From the NCBI GenBank assembly GCA_003224085.1, contig QHYK01000063.1, positions 2,625 to 66,624 of the forward strand: a stretch of DNA of 64,000 nt, written 5' to 3'. Position 1 is the first letter of the stretch. Each line of letters starts with the position of its first letter. The DNA comes from Acidobacteriota bacterium. Its GTDB lineage: Bacteria; Acidobacteriota; Terriglobia; Acidiferrales; UBA7541. Shown one piece after another: positions 46,776-56,163 of this stretch. The translations under genes were made by a program, and so were the position numbers. The notes under the pieces are model-generated. The model saw only the letters and a list, made by a program, of their open reading frames with translations. It had not been told where the DNA came from and did no database searches.

Positions 46776-48641
46776 ATGAGCTTCCGCACCAAACTGCTGC
46801 TGGTCGTTTTGCTGACCATTTTTGCGTCGGTTTCCGTCGTGGCTTATGCCGTTACCTATTACACGCGCTCGGCTTTCGAGGAAATGGATTCGCAGCGCAC
46901 CGAAGCGCTGGTGGCGCAGTTCAAGAAAGAATTCACACAGAGCGGGAGCGAGCTCGCCCACCAGGTGAAAAACATCGCCGATGCGGGTGTTACCGACCGC
47001 ATGGCCATCGACCTCTCGCATCCCAATGCCGACGCTTCACTTTACGTGCATGATGCCTTTGGCGCCGCGCAAGAGCATGGACTCAATTACGTAGAGATGG
47101 TGAATTCCGACGGCATTCTTATCTCTTCGGTTCAAAATCCCGCGCGCGTCGGCTCCAAACTCGATTGGGTAACCGCGGTCAAGAACTGGAATGACACCGA
47201 CGCTTTCTTGAAAAAAGAGGAGCTCTCCGACGGCGTGGCGCTCTCTCTGACCGTCGTTCGCACGAATGACACGGTTGCTAACAAGAGCCTGTACATCATC
47301 GGCGGGCAGCACGTTGATCAAAACTTTCTGGCTTCCTTGGTTCTTCCCGCCGGAATGCGCGCGCTCATCTACACCAACCTCGATCCGGGCTTTGTCGCCG
47401 CCTCGCTGCTTGGCGACAAAATTGATGCGGACCAGAAGGAGCGCTTCGCTCCGCTCGTCGAGCAATTGCAAAAGCAGCCGCAGCCTCTGGTTCGAACGAT
47501 CGAATGGACGCGCGACCCGGCGGATGCCGAAGCCTTTCACGCCATTCCGTTGCCCGGGCGGAATAACGAACTCCTGGGCATCTTTTTTGTCGGCAGTTCG
47601 CGTCGAGAATTGGTCCAGCTCACGCGCGAAATCCTGAAAAGTGCCGGGGCTGTCGCGGCCGCCGCGCTCTTCATTGGCATGCTGGTCAGCTTCTGGATTT
47701 CCGCGCGCATCACCAAGCCGGTCGAAGAACTTGCCGAAGGCGCCCGCGAGGTCGCCACCGGACGCTGGGACACGCGCATCGAAGCGCGCGGAAGCGATGA
47801 AATCGGCCAGCTGGCTATTGCTTTTAACGATATGACGCGAACTCTCGCATCGCAGAAGGAGCGCCTGCTGCAAACCGAGCGCGTCGCCGCCTGGCGCGAA
47901 CTTGCGCGCCGCCTCGCCCACGAATTGCGCAATCCGCTTTTCCCCATGCAAATCACCATCGAAAACTTGCAGAAGGCCCGACGGCTCGAAGCCAGGCACT
48001 TCCTCGAAGTCTTCAACGAGTCCACCGCGACCCTGAAAGCGGAGCTGGCCAACCTGAACAACATCGTCAGCCGCTTCAGCGATTTCTCCAAAATGCCCGC
48101 GCCGAAATTTGTCCGCGTAAACGTGAACGAAGTCCTGCGCAACGCCGTGCGCCTGTTCGAGCCGCAATTCAATGCCGTTGGCAAACCCACCATTACGCAA
48201 GAGCCTTTCTTCACCGATCCGCTTCCGGAGATTGATGCGGATGCTGACCTGCTGCATCGCGCTTTTCAGAACCTAGTTCTAAACGCCATGGATGCCATGC
48301 CTTCCGGCGGGACGTTGACGATGCGCAGTTCGGAAAACAACGGCAACGTGCGCATCGAAGTCGCGGACACAGGAAAAGGCCTGACTCCGGAGGAATGCTC
48401 GCGGCTGTTCACGCCCTATTACACGACCAAACAAATGGGCACCGGCCTGGGCCTCGCCATCGTTCAGTCCGTCGTCAGCGATCATCACGGCACGATTTCC
48501 GTCAATAGCGAGGAAGGCCGCGGCACCACGTTTCGCATCGAGCTGCCCCAGCGCCAGGCCGGCCAGAAAGTGAAGCCCCGCGAACAGGCTCCGGAATCCC
48601 AAAAAGACATGCCTTCCCCCCTGGCCGCCGCTTCGGACTAG
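46776..48641 (+). CDS. HAMP-domain sensor histidine kinase (NtrY-like)
   Basis: TM helices, HAMP (DEIGQLAIAFNDM), H-box LAHELRNPL, N-box NLVLNAMDAM, G-boxes GTGLGLAIV. Confidence 0.95.
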   Translation: MSFRTKLLLVVLLTIFASVSVVAYAVTYYTRSAFEEMDSQRTEALVAQFKKEFTQSGSELAHQVKNIADAGVTDRMAIDLSHPNADASLYVHDAFGAAQEHGLNYVEMVNSDGILISSVQNPARVGSKLDWVTAVKNWNDTDAFLKKEELSDGVALSLTVVRTNDTVANKSLYIIGGQHVDQNFLASLVLPAGMRALIYTNLDPGFVAASLLGDKIDADQKERFAPLVEQLQKQPQPLVRTIEWTRDPADAEAFHAIPLPGRNNELLGIFFVGSSRRELVQLTREILKSAGAVAAAALFIGMLVSFWISARITKPVEELAEGAREVATGRWDTRIEARGSDEIGQLAIAFNDMTRTLASQKERLLQTERVAAWRELARRLAHELRNPLFPMQITIENLQKARRLEARHFLEVFNESTATLKAELANLNNIVSRFSDFSKMPAPKFVRVNVNEVLRNAVRLFEPQFNAVGKPTITQEPFFTDPLPEIDADADLLHRAFQNLVLNAMDAMPSGGTLTMRSSENNGNVRIEVADTGKGLTPEECSRLFTPYYTTKQMGTGLGLAIVQSVVSDHHGTISVNSEEGRGTTFRIELPQRQAGQKVKPREQAPESQKDMPSPLAAASD

Positions 48642-48658
48642 CGCGCCAAAGGACCGTC

Positions 48659-50044
48659 TTGCCCCGCAAAGCCCATCTCCTTGTGGTTGACGATGATGCG
48701 AATACGCTGGCGTCGCTCTCTCGCGCCTTCCGGCTGGCTGGGCACGAAGCCACGGTTTGCGATAATGCCAACCGTGCCGTCGAACTTCTTCGCGCCGACA
48801 CTTTCGATCTGATTCTTTCTGACGTGGTCATGCCCGGCAAAAGCGGCATGGAGTTGCTCGACGATTTGAAGAAGGCCGGAGTGAAAACGCCCGTCGTGCT
48901 CATCTCGGGGCAGGCGAATATCGAAATGGCGGTGAAAGCCACGAAACTCGGGGCGCTCGATTTTCTGGAAAAGCCGCTCTCCACCGACAAGCTGCTCGTC
49001 ACCGTGGAAAACGCTTTGCGCTTGACGCGGCTCGAAGACGAAAACCGCGAACTGCGCCGGCGTCTTGGCAAGCACGAATTGGTCGGCGCCGGTCCCGCCA
49101 TGAAAAAGCTGCTGGCGCAAATCGAGCGCGTGGCCGCCAGCGAAACGCGCGTCTGCATTCTCGGCGAAACCGGAACGGGAAAAGAACTCGTCGCGCGCGC
49201 GATTCACGAGAAATCGCCGCGGCGCGAGCATCCCTTCATCACGCTCAATTGTGCGGCCGTCCCCGCGGAATTGATCGAGTCCGAACTTTTCGGCCACGAA
49301 AAAGGCTCCTTCACCGGCGCGGCTTCGCGCCACCTCGGCAAATTCGAACAAGCCGAAGCCGGCACGCTTTTCCTCGACGAAATTGGCGACATGCCCGTGG
49401 CCATGCAGGCGAAACTGCTGCGCGTACTCGAAGAGGGCGAAGTCGAGCGCGTCGGTGGTGACAAACCCATTAAAGTAAACGTGCGCGTGGTAGTCGCCAC
49501 GCACCGCCATCTCGAAGAACTGGTCAAGCACAACGCGTTTCGCAGCGACTTATTCCACCGCGTGCACGTTTTTCCGCTCACGCTTCCGCCGCTGCGCGAG
49601 CGCCCGGAAGATTTTCCTGAGCTGGTGACCCATTTCGCGCGGCAAGTGGCCGCGCAAAACGGATGGAAGGAAAAAGCGTTCGCCGCTGAGGCCATCGCCG
49701 AATTACGAAAATATTCCTGGCCGGGAAACGTCCGCGAACTGCGCAACGTGGTCGAGCGCCTCGTCTTGCTCGCCTCCGACGCGGCCGTCAGCGCCGCCGA
49801 TGTCCGCCTCGCGCTTCCTTCCTCGGATTCCGCAGCCGGCGGCTTGGCTTCCGGCGCGACCGGTTCAGGGACCCTGGTCGAGAGGACCGAAGCCTTCGAA
49901 AGGGAAGTGCTGCTTGGCGAACTCCGCCGCCACAATTTCCACATGACCAAGGTGGCCCGGGCGCTCGGCCTGGAGCGCAGCCACCTCTACAAGAAGTGCC
50001 AGCAACTGGGAATCGACCTGCAATCCCTCCGCAATCCCAAGTAG
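48659..50044 (+). CDS. sigma54-dependent response regulator (NtrC/NtrX-like)
   Basis: Receiver VVDDD..SDVVMPG, GETGTGKE, GSFTGA, FLDEIGDM, WPGNVRELRN, C-terminal HTH; TTG start. Confidence 0.95.
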   Translation: MPRKAHLLVVDDDANTLASLSRAFRLAGHEATVCDNANRAVELLRADTFDLILSDVVMPGKSGMELLDDLKKAGVKTPVVLISGQANIEMAVKATKLGALDFLEKPLSTDKLLVTVENALRLTRLEDENRELRRRLGKHELVGAGPAMKKLLAQIERVAASETRVCILGETGTGKELVARAIHEKSPRREHPFITLNCAAVPAELIESELFGHEKGSFTGAASRHLGKFEQAEAGTLFLDEIGDMPVAMQAKLLRVLEEGEVERVGGDKPIKVNVRVVVATHRHLEELVKHNAFRSDLFHRVHVFPLTLPPLRERPEDFPELVTHFARQVAAQNGWKEKAFAAEAIAELRKYSWPGNVRELRNVVERLVLLASDAAVSAADVRLALPSSDSAAGGLASGATGSGTLVERTEAFEREVLLGELRRHNFHMTKVARALGLERSHLYKKCQQLGIDLQSLRNPK

Positions 50045-50171
50045 GACTTACGGTGGAGCATCCTTATTCACCACACCAAACGCAACTACGCCATCCCTGG
50101 CAACACGTCCTAGCTCCTAAGTATTTGATAGAGTGTGGGTTGTAGACGAATCGAAGAACATCCGATTTTCC

Positions 50172-50216
50172 TTGACGAATTACATATTGCAATATACGTT
50201 TTGCATATCGCAATAT
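50172..50216 (+). promoter_or_regulatory. sigma70 promoter with two palindromic operators
   Basis: TTGACG - 17 nt - TACGTT; ATATTGCAATAT (50184-50195) and ATATCGCAATAT (50205-50216). Confidence 0.8.
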
Positions 50217-50229
50217 CAGGAAGTCTCCC

Positions 50230-50757
50230 ATGAGACTCGGCGACAAGCTTCGTTCCCTCCGCGCGGTGGAAGGTTCGCTTCGCGGCCTCGGTCGTCCCCT
50301 CACGCAACAGGAGCTGGCTTTGGCCATGAAGCGCGAAATTGGCCGCGGGCTCAGCCAGGCCTACCTCTCGCAAATCGAGAGCGGGGCGCGGCCGCACCTG
50401 ACCCACAAGACGCGCGATTTGCTCGCGCGCTTCTTCCGCGTGTACCCAGGGTTCTTGGTGGACGATCCGGAGGGCTATACGCCGGGATTGCAGTCGGAGT
50501 TGCGAGCCATCGACGCGAAGATTGATTCATGGCTATTTGCCGGCGCGGAGCAGTTCACCAGCGATCCGGAATTGCGGCGCGCGCTGGTGACCCTGGCGGA
50601 AACGGCGGACTCCCGCACGCCGCTCCTGCTGCTGGCGGAAATTCTTCGTGTGCCGGGGTTGTTCGAGCGTCTCGCGGAGGTACTGCGGCCCGGCACCACC
50701 ACGCAGGGCGAGCCGGGGAGCCGGGGCGCAACGCCAGCAGCGTCGCTTCGCAACTGA
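50230..50757 (+). CDS. XRE-family HTH transcriptional regulator
   Basis: LGDKLRSLR...LTQQELA...LSQAYLSQIESG. Confidence 0.9.
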   Translation: MRLGDKLRSLRAVEGSLRGLGRPLTQQELALAMKREIGRGLSQAYLSQIESGARPHLTHKTRDLLARFFRVYPGFLVDDPEGYTPGLQSELRAIDAKIDSWLFAGAEQFTSDPELRRALVTLAETADSRTPLLLLAEILRVPGLFERLAEVLRPGTTTQGEPGSRGATPAASLRN

Positions 50758-50793
50758 GCCGGGGAAGGAGAGTCGTCCCATTCGAGGTGCGTT

Positions 50794-51393
50794 ATGACCC
50801 GTTCTGATTTCTATCTCTTCTGTTTTCTTGTGGGATTTTCGCTGAGCGTGCTTTCGTTTCTCGCGGGCGCCGTCCACATTCATTTGCCGGTGAAATGGCA
50901 TCTGCCGTTTCATCTTGGTCATCACGGCGGAGGCTTCGCGAAAGCAGGCCTGCACCGAGGCAGTGGTTCCGGCTCGCAGATCTCCTGGTTCAACGCCTCC
51001 ACGATCATGGCGTTCCTTGCCTGGTTTGGCGGCACCGGCTATCTGCTGACCCGCCATGCGCATCTTTTGGCCGTGGTTTCGCTTTCTATCGCCATCGTCT
51101 CCGGGTTGTTTGCCGGCTGGGTGGTTTTCAAATTCATGGTGAAGCTGGTGCAAACCACCGACGCGCCGATGAGCAGCGAAGACCATCGCATCGAAGGGGC
51201 CTTGGGCACGCTAAGCATGGCGATCCGTGAAAACGGCACCGGCGAAATCATTTTCGCGCTTGGCGGAACCCGGCGCTGTGCCGGCGCGCGCAGCAGCGAC
51301 CGCAAACCGATTGAGAAGGGCGCGGAAGTGGTAATCGAGCGCTACGAAAAGGGCCTCGCCTACGTCAAGCGGTGGGAGGAGTTCTCGAAGTGA
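50794..51393 (+). CDS. NfeD-like (YuaF-type) membrane protein
   Basis: Three TM segments with a His/Gly loop, FLAWFGGTG, C-terminal OB fold (IRENGTGEI...GAEVVIERYEKGLAYV). Confidence 0.88.
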   Translation: MTRSDFYLFCFLVGFSLSVLSFLAGAVHIHLPVKWHLPFHLGHHGGGFAKAGLHRGSGSGSQISWFNASTIMAFLAWFGGTGYLLTRHAHLLAVVSLSIAIVSGLFAGWVVFKFMVKLVQTTDAPMSSEDHRIEGALGTLSMAIRENGTGEIIFALGGTRRCAGARSSDRKPIEKGAEVVIERYEKGLAYVKRWEEFSK

Positions 51394-51459
51394 AGGGGAA
51401 GGGTTTGTCGGACTGAAGCAAGCCGCAAACAGTCCGGACGGGTGGAAAGGGAGGTCCTT

Positions 51460-52938
51460 ATGTTTGGGTTGCCGACAGACGTGGTTGTCATGGCCGGGTC
51501 CGCTGTTCTCGGTCTCCTAATGATCATGATTGTGATCGCCCGCATGTACCGCAAGGTGGGTCCCAACGAGGCGTTAATCAAGTACGGCTTCGGAGGGACA
51601 CAAGTGTATTGCGGACGGGGCGCTCTCATTTTCCCGATGGTACAGACCTGCCGGGATCTGTCCCTCGAGCTGATGTCGTTCGATGTGGCGCCGCAGCAGA
51701 ATCTGTACACGAAACAAGGCGTTGCCGTCACGGTCGAAGCGGTCGCGCAAATCAAAGTGAAGTCCGACAAGGAATCAATCCTCACCGCCGCGGAGCAGTT
51801 CTTGAGCAAGGATCCGAACCAGCGCGAAGGCTTGATTCGCCTGGTCATGGAAGGCCATCTCCGCGGAATCATCGGCCAGCTCACCGTCGAGCAAATCGTC
51901 AAAGAGCCGGAAATGGTGGGCGACCGCATGCGCTCGACCTGCGCGGACGACATGAGCAAGATGGGGCTGGAAGTCATCAGCTTCACCATCAAGGAAGTTC
52001 GTGACAAGAGCGAATACATCACCAACATGGGCCGCCCCGACGTGGCGCGCATCAGGCGCGATGCCGAAGTAGCCACCGCCGAAGCGGAGCGCGACATCGC
52101 TATCAAGCGCGCCGAAGCGCAACGCGCCGCCGCCGTCGCTAAAGCCCAAGCCGATCAAGAGCGCGTTGCCGCGGAAACCGCTTCGCTCGCCAAGCAAGCC
52201 GAAGCGCAACGCGACCTCGACATCAAGAAAGCCGCCTTCCTCGAGGCCACGAAGAAGGCGCAGGCACAAGCCGACAAGGCCTATGAAATTGAAACCAACG
52301 TCCAGCAGCAGCACGTCATCGCCGAAGCGGTCAAGGTCCAGCAAGTGGAGCGCGAAGCCCAGGTGAAAGTCCAGGAGGCGGAAATCGCGCGCCGCGAACG
52401 CGAACTCATCGCCACCGTCCTGAAGCAGGCGGAAATCGAGCGCCAGCGCATCGAAACGCTCGCCAACGCCGAACGCCAGCGGCTCATGAGCGAAGCGGAG
52501 GGCCGCGCGGCGTCTATCCGCGCGCAAGGCGAAGCCGAAGCCGAAATCATCTTCAAGAAAGGCGAAGCGGAAGCCAAAGCTATGAACATCAAGGCCGAAG
52601 CTTTCCAGGAATACAACCAGGCCGCCGTGGTCGACAAACTCATCACCGGCTTGCCGGAAGTCGTGCGCGCGCTCAGCGAGCCGCTCAGCAAAGTCGACAA
52701 AGTCACCATCGTTTCCACGGGCGATAACGGTGCCGCTGGCGCCTACAAGCTGACCGGCGACGTCACCAAAATTGCCGCGCAGGTGCCGGCTCTATTCGAA
52801 GCGCTCTCCGGCATGCAAGTGTCGGAGTTGCTCAGCAAGGTTCGCCGGATCGGCGCCGTTCCGGTGGGCGCGCAAGGGCCCACGGCGGACACCGCGTTTC
52901 GGGGGGATGGCCATGGGATTGGCCCGGGATGGCCATGA
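51460..52938 (+). CDS. Flotillin-like SPFH protein (FloT/YuaG-like)
   Basis: YRKVGPNEAL, EGHLRGIIGQLTVEQI, MGLEVISFTIKEVRD, long EA/QA coiled coil, LSKVDKVTIV; SD GGGAGG. Confidence 0.94.
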   Translation: MFGLPTDVVVMAGSAVLGLLMIMIVIARMYRKVGPNEALIKYGFGGTQVYCGRGALIFPMVQTCRDLSLELMSFDVAPQQNLYTKQGVAVTVEAVAQIKVKSDKESILTAAEQFLSKDPNQREGLIRLVMEGHLRGIIGQLTVEQIVKEPEMVGDRMRSTCADDMSKMGLEVISFTIKEVRDKSEYITNMGRPDVARIRRDAEVATAEAERDIAIKRAEAQRAAAVAKAQADQERVAAETASLAKQAEAQRDLDIKKAAFLEATKKAQAQADKAYEIETNVQQQHVIAEAVKVQQVEREAQVKVQEAEIARRERELIATVLKQAEIERQRIETLANAERQRLMSEAEGRAASIRAQGEAEAEIIFKKGEAEAKAMNIKAEAFQEYNQAAVVDKLITGLPEVVRALSEPLSKVDKVTIVSTGDNGAAGAYKLTGDVTKIAAQVPALFEALSGMQVSELLSKVRRIGAVPVGAQGPTADTAFRGDGHGIGPGWP

Positions 52939-52965
52939 AGAGCGAGAACTTGACCATGCACAAAC

Positions 52966-53169
52966 ATGCGCGGCAACACGAAGTTCCTAATCCTCGGGCT
53001 CCTGCTGGGGCTCGGCTTGAGTTTTTTCCTGAGCCACTTCTGGAGCTTCACCCTTTGCGCCATTCGAAACGCCGTCGCATCCGGAAGGGCCCCGCTCGCG
53101 ACGGGAATAGCACCCTTGTTTGTTTCCAAGTTCTTGGCCGGAATCACCGCCGTGCACCTTTTGCTTTGA
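52966..53169 (+). CDS. Possible small membrane protein
   Basis: 67 aa with two hydrophobic segments, right after flotillin; no SD. Confidence 0.4.
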   Translation: MRGNTKFLILGLLLGLGLSFFLSHFWSFTLCAIRNAVASGRAPLATGIAPLFVSKFLAGITAVHLLL

Positions 53170-53379
53170 GCGCAGGCGTAAAGCAGGCGGACTCGCCGGG
53201 AATCGGCAGTGCGCACGTTTTTGGTCTAGGAGCTGTTGTGGCGGAACATCCCAAAGTTCCAGTACAACTTCCAAAGTTGTCGCAGAGCAGCCCAAACTTG
53301 CCTCAGAGCTGCCCAACTCCTCATTCCGAGCGCAGCGAGGTACCCCCCGCCGAGTTTTTTTGCCCGATGAATCCCTCTT

Positions 53380-53420
53380 CCTGCCTTTTGTTCTGCGTAA
53401 CGAAAGGCAGGTTTCTGATT
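53380..53420 (+). terminator. Probable intrinsic terminator upstream of pspA
   Basis: CCTGCCTTT-T-GTT / AAC-G-AAAGGCAGG hairpin followed by TTTCTGATT. Confidence 0.6.
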
Positions 53421-53501
53421 CGCTTTGGGTGGCAACGGGAACGAATTTTCACCGGTGTTCGAGTGGTTGGTAAGAGCAAGTCATTCGAAAGGAGATTCAT
53501 C

Positions 53502-54176
53502 ATGGGCCTCTTGGAACGAGTAAGCACTTTAATTCGCGCGAACCTCAACGACCTCGTGGACCGCGCGGAAGATCCGGAAAAACTGATCAAGCAGGTCATC
53601 CTCGACATGGAAAACCAGTACTTGCAGGTGAAGACACAAGTGGCGGTTTCGATCGCGGACCAGCACATGCTTGAGAAAAAGCTGCGCGAGAACGAAGACA
53701 CCGGCCGCGACTGGATGCGCAAAGCGGAAATCGCGGTGGACAAATTGCAAGACGATCTTGCGCGCGCCGCGCTCGAACGCTTCCAGACGTCACAGCGGCT
53801 CGCGCAGAGCTACCGCGAACAGGTGGAAGACCAGAGCGCGCAAGTCGAGACGCTGAAAGGAGCGCTCATGAAACTCGAACAGAAACTCGACGAAGCGAAG
53901 TCCAAGCGCGATTTGCTGCTGGCGCGGCACCGCCGCAGCTTGTCTCTGGGCAAAGCGGCGCACGCGCAAACTGCCCTCGGTGACACTTCGAAAAGCGCGA
54001 CGTTCGAACGGCTCAAGGACCGCGTGCATCACAGCGAAGCCGTGGCCACCGCCGAAGTAGAGCTGCTCACCGAGGACATGGGCGAGCGCCTCACGCGCCT
54101 CGACCGCGACGCAGAAGTGGACCACCTCCTGGCGGAGCTGAAGGCCCGCCGCGGCCTCCCCGAAAGAGTCGGCTAG
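53502..54176 (+). CDS. pspA: PspA/IM30 family protein
   Basis: MGLLERVSTLIRANLNDLVDRAEDPEKLIKQVILDME, coiled coil, DLARAAL; SD GAAAGGAG. Confidence 0.95.
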   Translation: MGLLERVSTLIRANLNDLVDRAEDPEKLIKQVILDMENQYLQVKTQVAVSIADQHMLEKKLRENEDTGRDWMRKAEIAVDKLQDDLARAALERFQTSQRLAQSYREQVEDQSAQVETLKGALMKLEQKLDEAKSKRDLLLARHRRSLSLGKAAHAQTALGDTSKSATFERLKDRVHHSEAVATAEVELLTEDMGERLTRLDRDAEVDHLLAELKARRGLPERVG

Positions 54177-54291
54177 GGTTTTTCCCGGGCGCATGAGACG
54201 AAGCCAGAAACTGCTCGTCTAACAATGCTGGCTCCAAGAGAAAATGCGGCGTTTCCAAAAGCTTTTCCGCCGTCGAGAGGAGAATATTCCC

Positions 54292-54636
54292 ATGAAATCG
54301 TATGCCACGTTTCGACGCCATGCTCTTGGACAGGTGATTGCTCCTGCCAAGGAAGACCGTCATCCTCTCGAAGTTGTCCCCTTTGGAAGGTTCGGCGCAG
54401 GCGTGTGGACCGGCCATCCCGTTGAATTGCTGGTTGTTGCGGGAATCTTGCTCATTGGGCTGATTGGCATTCCCGAATGGCGGTGGTTCTTTGGAGCCGC
54501 AGTCTTGGCGGGGGTGCTGTGGGGTATGTGCTCGGGCGGCGCAATCAATAGGAAGCATAACCGCGCTCAGAATCTATGGGGCGGCCGGCCTCGGAAGGCG
54601 GCCGCTACAACTAGGTTGTGCTGCGTGCGACAATAG
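54292..54636 (+). CDS. Small membrane hypothetical protein (3' end possibly frameshifted)
   Basis: SD GAGGAG; two TM segments (VELLVVAGILLIGLIGI; WFFGAAVLAGVLWG). Confidence 0.65.
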   Translation: MKSYATFRRHALGQVIAPAKEDRHPLEVVPFGRFGAGVWTGHPVELLVVAGILLIGLIGIPEWRWFFGAAVLAGVLWGMCSGGAINRKHNRAQNLWGGRPRKAAATTRLCCVRQ

Positions 54637-54640
54637 CGGC

Positions 54641-55405
54641 GTGAATCCGTTTCTGATTTCGGTGCCGGCGGCGGTGCTTGCCACGGGGGGCGTTGCCGCC
54701 TATGGCGCTGCCTTTCCGCGCGCGCAACTGTTCGGGCCAACGATTTGCCGGACCAATTCTCCGCGCAAGCTGGCCATCACCGTTGACGACGGCCCGAATC
54801 CTGCCATGACTCCAAAATTGCTGGACTTGCTCGACCGCTACCAAGCCAAGGCCACGTTCTTCCTGATTGGCCGCTTCGTCCGCGAATGCCCGGACCTTGT
54901 GAAGGAAACCGCCGCGCGCGGCCACGCCCTTGGCAATCACACCGAATCGCACCGGAATCTCACTTGGCTCAGCCCTTCGCAAGTGGTCGTGGAATTGCGC
55001 CTCTGCCATCACGCTATCGTGAACGCGACCGGCGCACCGCCAAAGTGGTTCCGTCCGCCGTACGGCTTCCGCAATCCCTGGGTCATCCCCACGGCCCACT
55101 CGCTCGGCTGCAAGACGGTCATGTGGACGCTCATCCCCGGCGATTGGCTGGAACGGCCCGTGGAATGGCTGATTCGCCGCATGCAACCCATCGCAACTCG
55201 CGCCGAGCGCGTCGCAAATGGCGGCGGCAAACCTCCCGCCCTCGGCACCGGGGACATCCTTTGCCTGCACGACGGCTACCACCGCGAACTCAATTACGAC
55301 CGCACCCGCACGCTCGCGGCGCTTGAGCACTGGCTCCCCCGCTGGCGCGACCTCGGCCTCCAGTTTGTTACAATGGACCAAGCGGCGAGCGCACCGGCTG
55401 CTTAG
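54641..55405 (+). CDS. Polysaccharide deacetylase (CE4/NodB family)
   Basis: TVDDGP, ATFFLIG, HTESH, FRPPYG, LCLHDG motifs; GTG start. Confidence 0.93.
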   Translation: MNPFLISVPAAVLATGGVAAYGAAFPRAQLFGPTICRTNSPRKLAITVDDGPNPAMTPKLLDLLDRYQAKATFFLIGRFVRECPDLVKETAARGHALGNHTESHRNLTWLSPSQVVVELRLCHHAIVNATGAPPKWFRPPYGFRNPWVIPTAHSLGCKTVMWTLIPGDWLERPVEWLIRRMQPIATRAERVANGGGKPPALGTGDILCLHDGYHRELNYDRTRTLAALEHWLPRWRDLGLQFVTMDQAASAPAA

Positions 55406-55462
55406 TTTTGGAGAATTTTCAAACGCGCCGCGAAAGTTCGCCCGCGCAAGCTCCGGCGGGAC

Positions 55463-55493
55463 AAAGCGGCGGCAAGGGCTGCCGCACTCCAAA
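55463..55493. repeat. REP-like hairpin
   Basis: AAAGCGGCGGC-AAGG-GCTGCCGC-ACTCCAAA downstream of the deacetylase. Confidence 0.6.
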
Positions 55494-55527
55494 GAAGCTT
55501 GCGCTTCGAGAGTAAAACAAGCTAGCC

Positions 55528-55842
55528 ATGGACGAACGGGTTTTTTATACAGAGAAAGAAGAAGTTCGCAAAACAAAGCTCGTGTGCCCGAGCTGCCACA
55601 AAGATTTTGAGTTTCCCGTGCGCTGGAAAGTCTGCCGCAAGAAGAAAGAACTGCCGCGCGGAGCCAGCCCCGAGGATCGAAAGAAATTCGAGCGCGCCAC
55701 TTCCTACATGGTTCGCCTCGACGACCTCGTCGCGTGTTACAAATGCCGCAAGCGTTTCGAATTGACCGGCCAGTCCACGGTGCTCATCAACGACAACCTC
55801 GGCGATCCGGTCGCCGACCCCGAGAATTTCGGCAACCGGTGA
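55528..55842 (+). CDS. Small Zn-ribbon-like hypothetical protein
   Basis: CPSC and CYKC pairs; 104 aa. Confidence 0.8.
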   Translation: MDERVFYTEKEEVRKTKLVCPSCHKDFEFPVRWKVCRKKKELPRGASPEDRKKFERATSYMVRLDDLVACYKCRKRFELTGQSTVLINDNLGDPVADPENFGNR

Positions 55843-55882
55843 TCTGGGATCAGAGATCAGAGATCAGAGAACGGAGACCGGA
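55841..55882 (+). repeat. Heptamer tandem repeat array
   Basis: GATCTGG GATCAGA GATCAGA GATCAGA GAACGGA GACCGGA; related reverse arrays near 55928-55960 and 56143-56163. Confidence 0.8.
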
Positions 55883-56163
55883 AATCGAGTCGAAAGTAAA
55901 AGCAACCCGGCTCAAAGCGCGCCCCTACCGATCCCTGGTCTCCATTCTCCGGTGATCTGCTTGTCGCGGATTTTGAAGTTGAAGAGGGATTCTCCTCGCA
56001 GAAACCGCTCGGAGAGAGAAAGGTCTCCCTTCAGGAGCGCAAAAGGCGCCGTCCCTCCGTCGAAATGACCGCGGTTTGGTTCTTAGTTGGGGTTGGAACA
56101 AATCCAACTTCGGCGAAGTTCTAATTCCAATGGCGAAGGAATTCTGATCTCGGTTCTCTCTCT

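Noticed and set aside
53251-53320. Possible CRISPR mini-array
   Set aside because: Units are degenerate and contiguous with no unique spacers, and there are no cas genes
52929-53501. N-terminal extension of PspA in the ORF track (similar extensions at 36152, 56593, 46606, 27343, 54464)
   Set aside because: Better SD-led or family-consistent starts lie downstream, and the extensions span terminators, promoters or other genes
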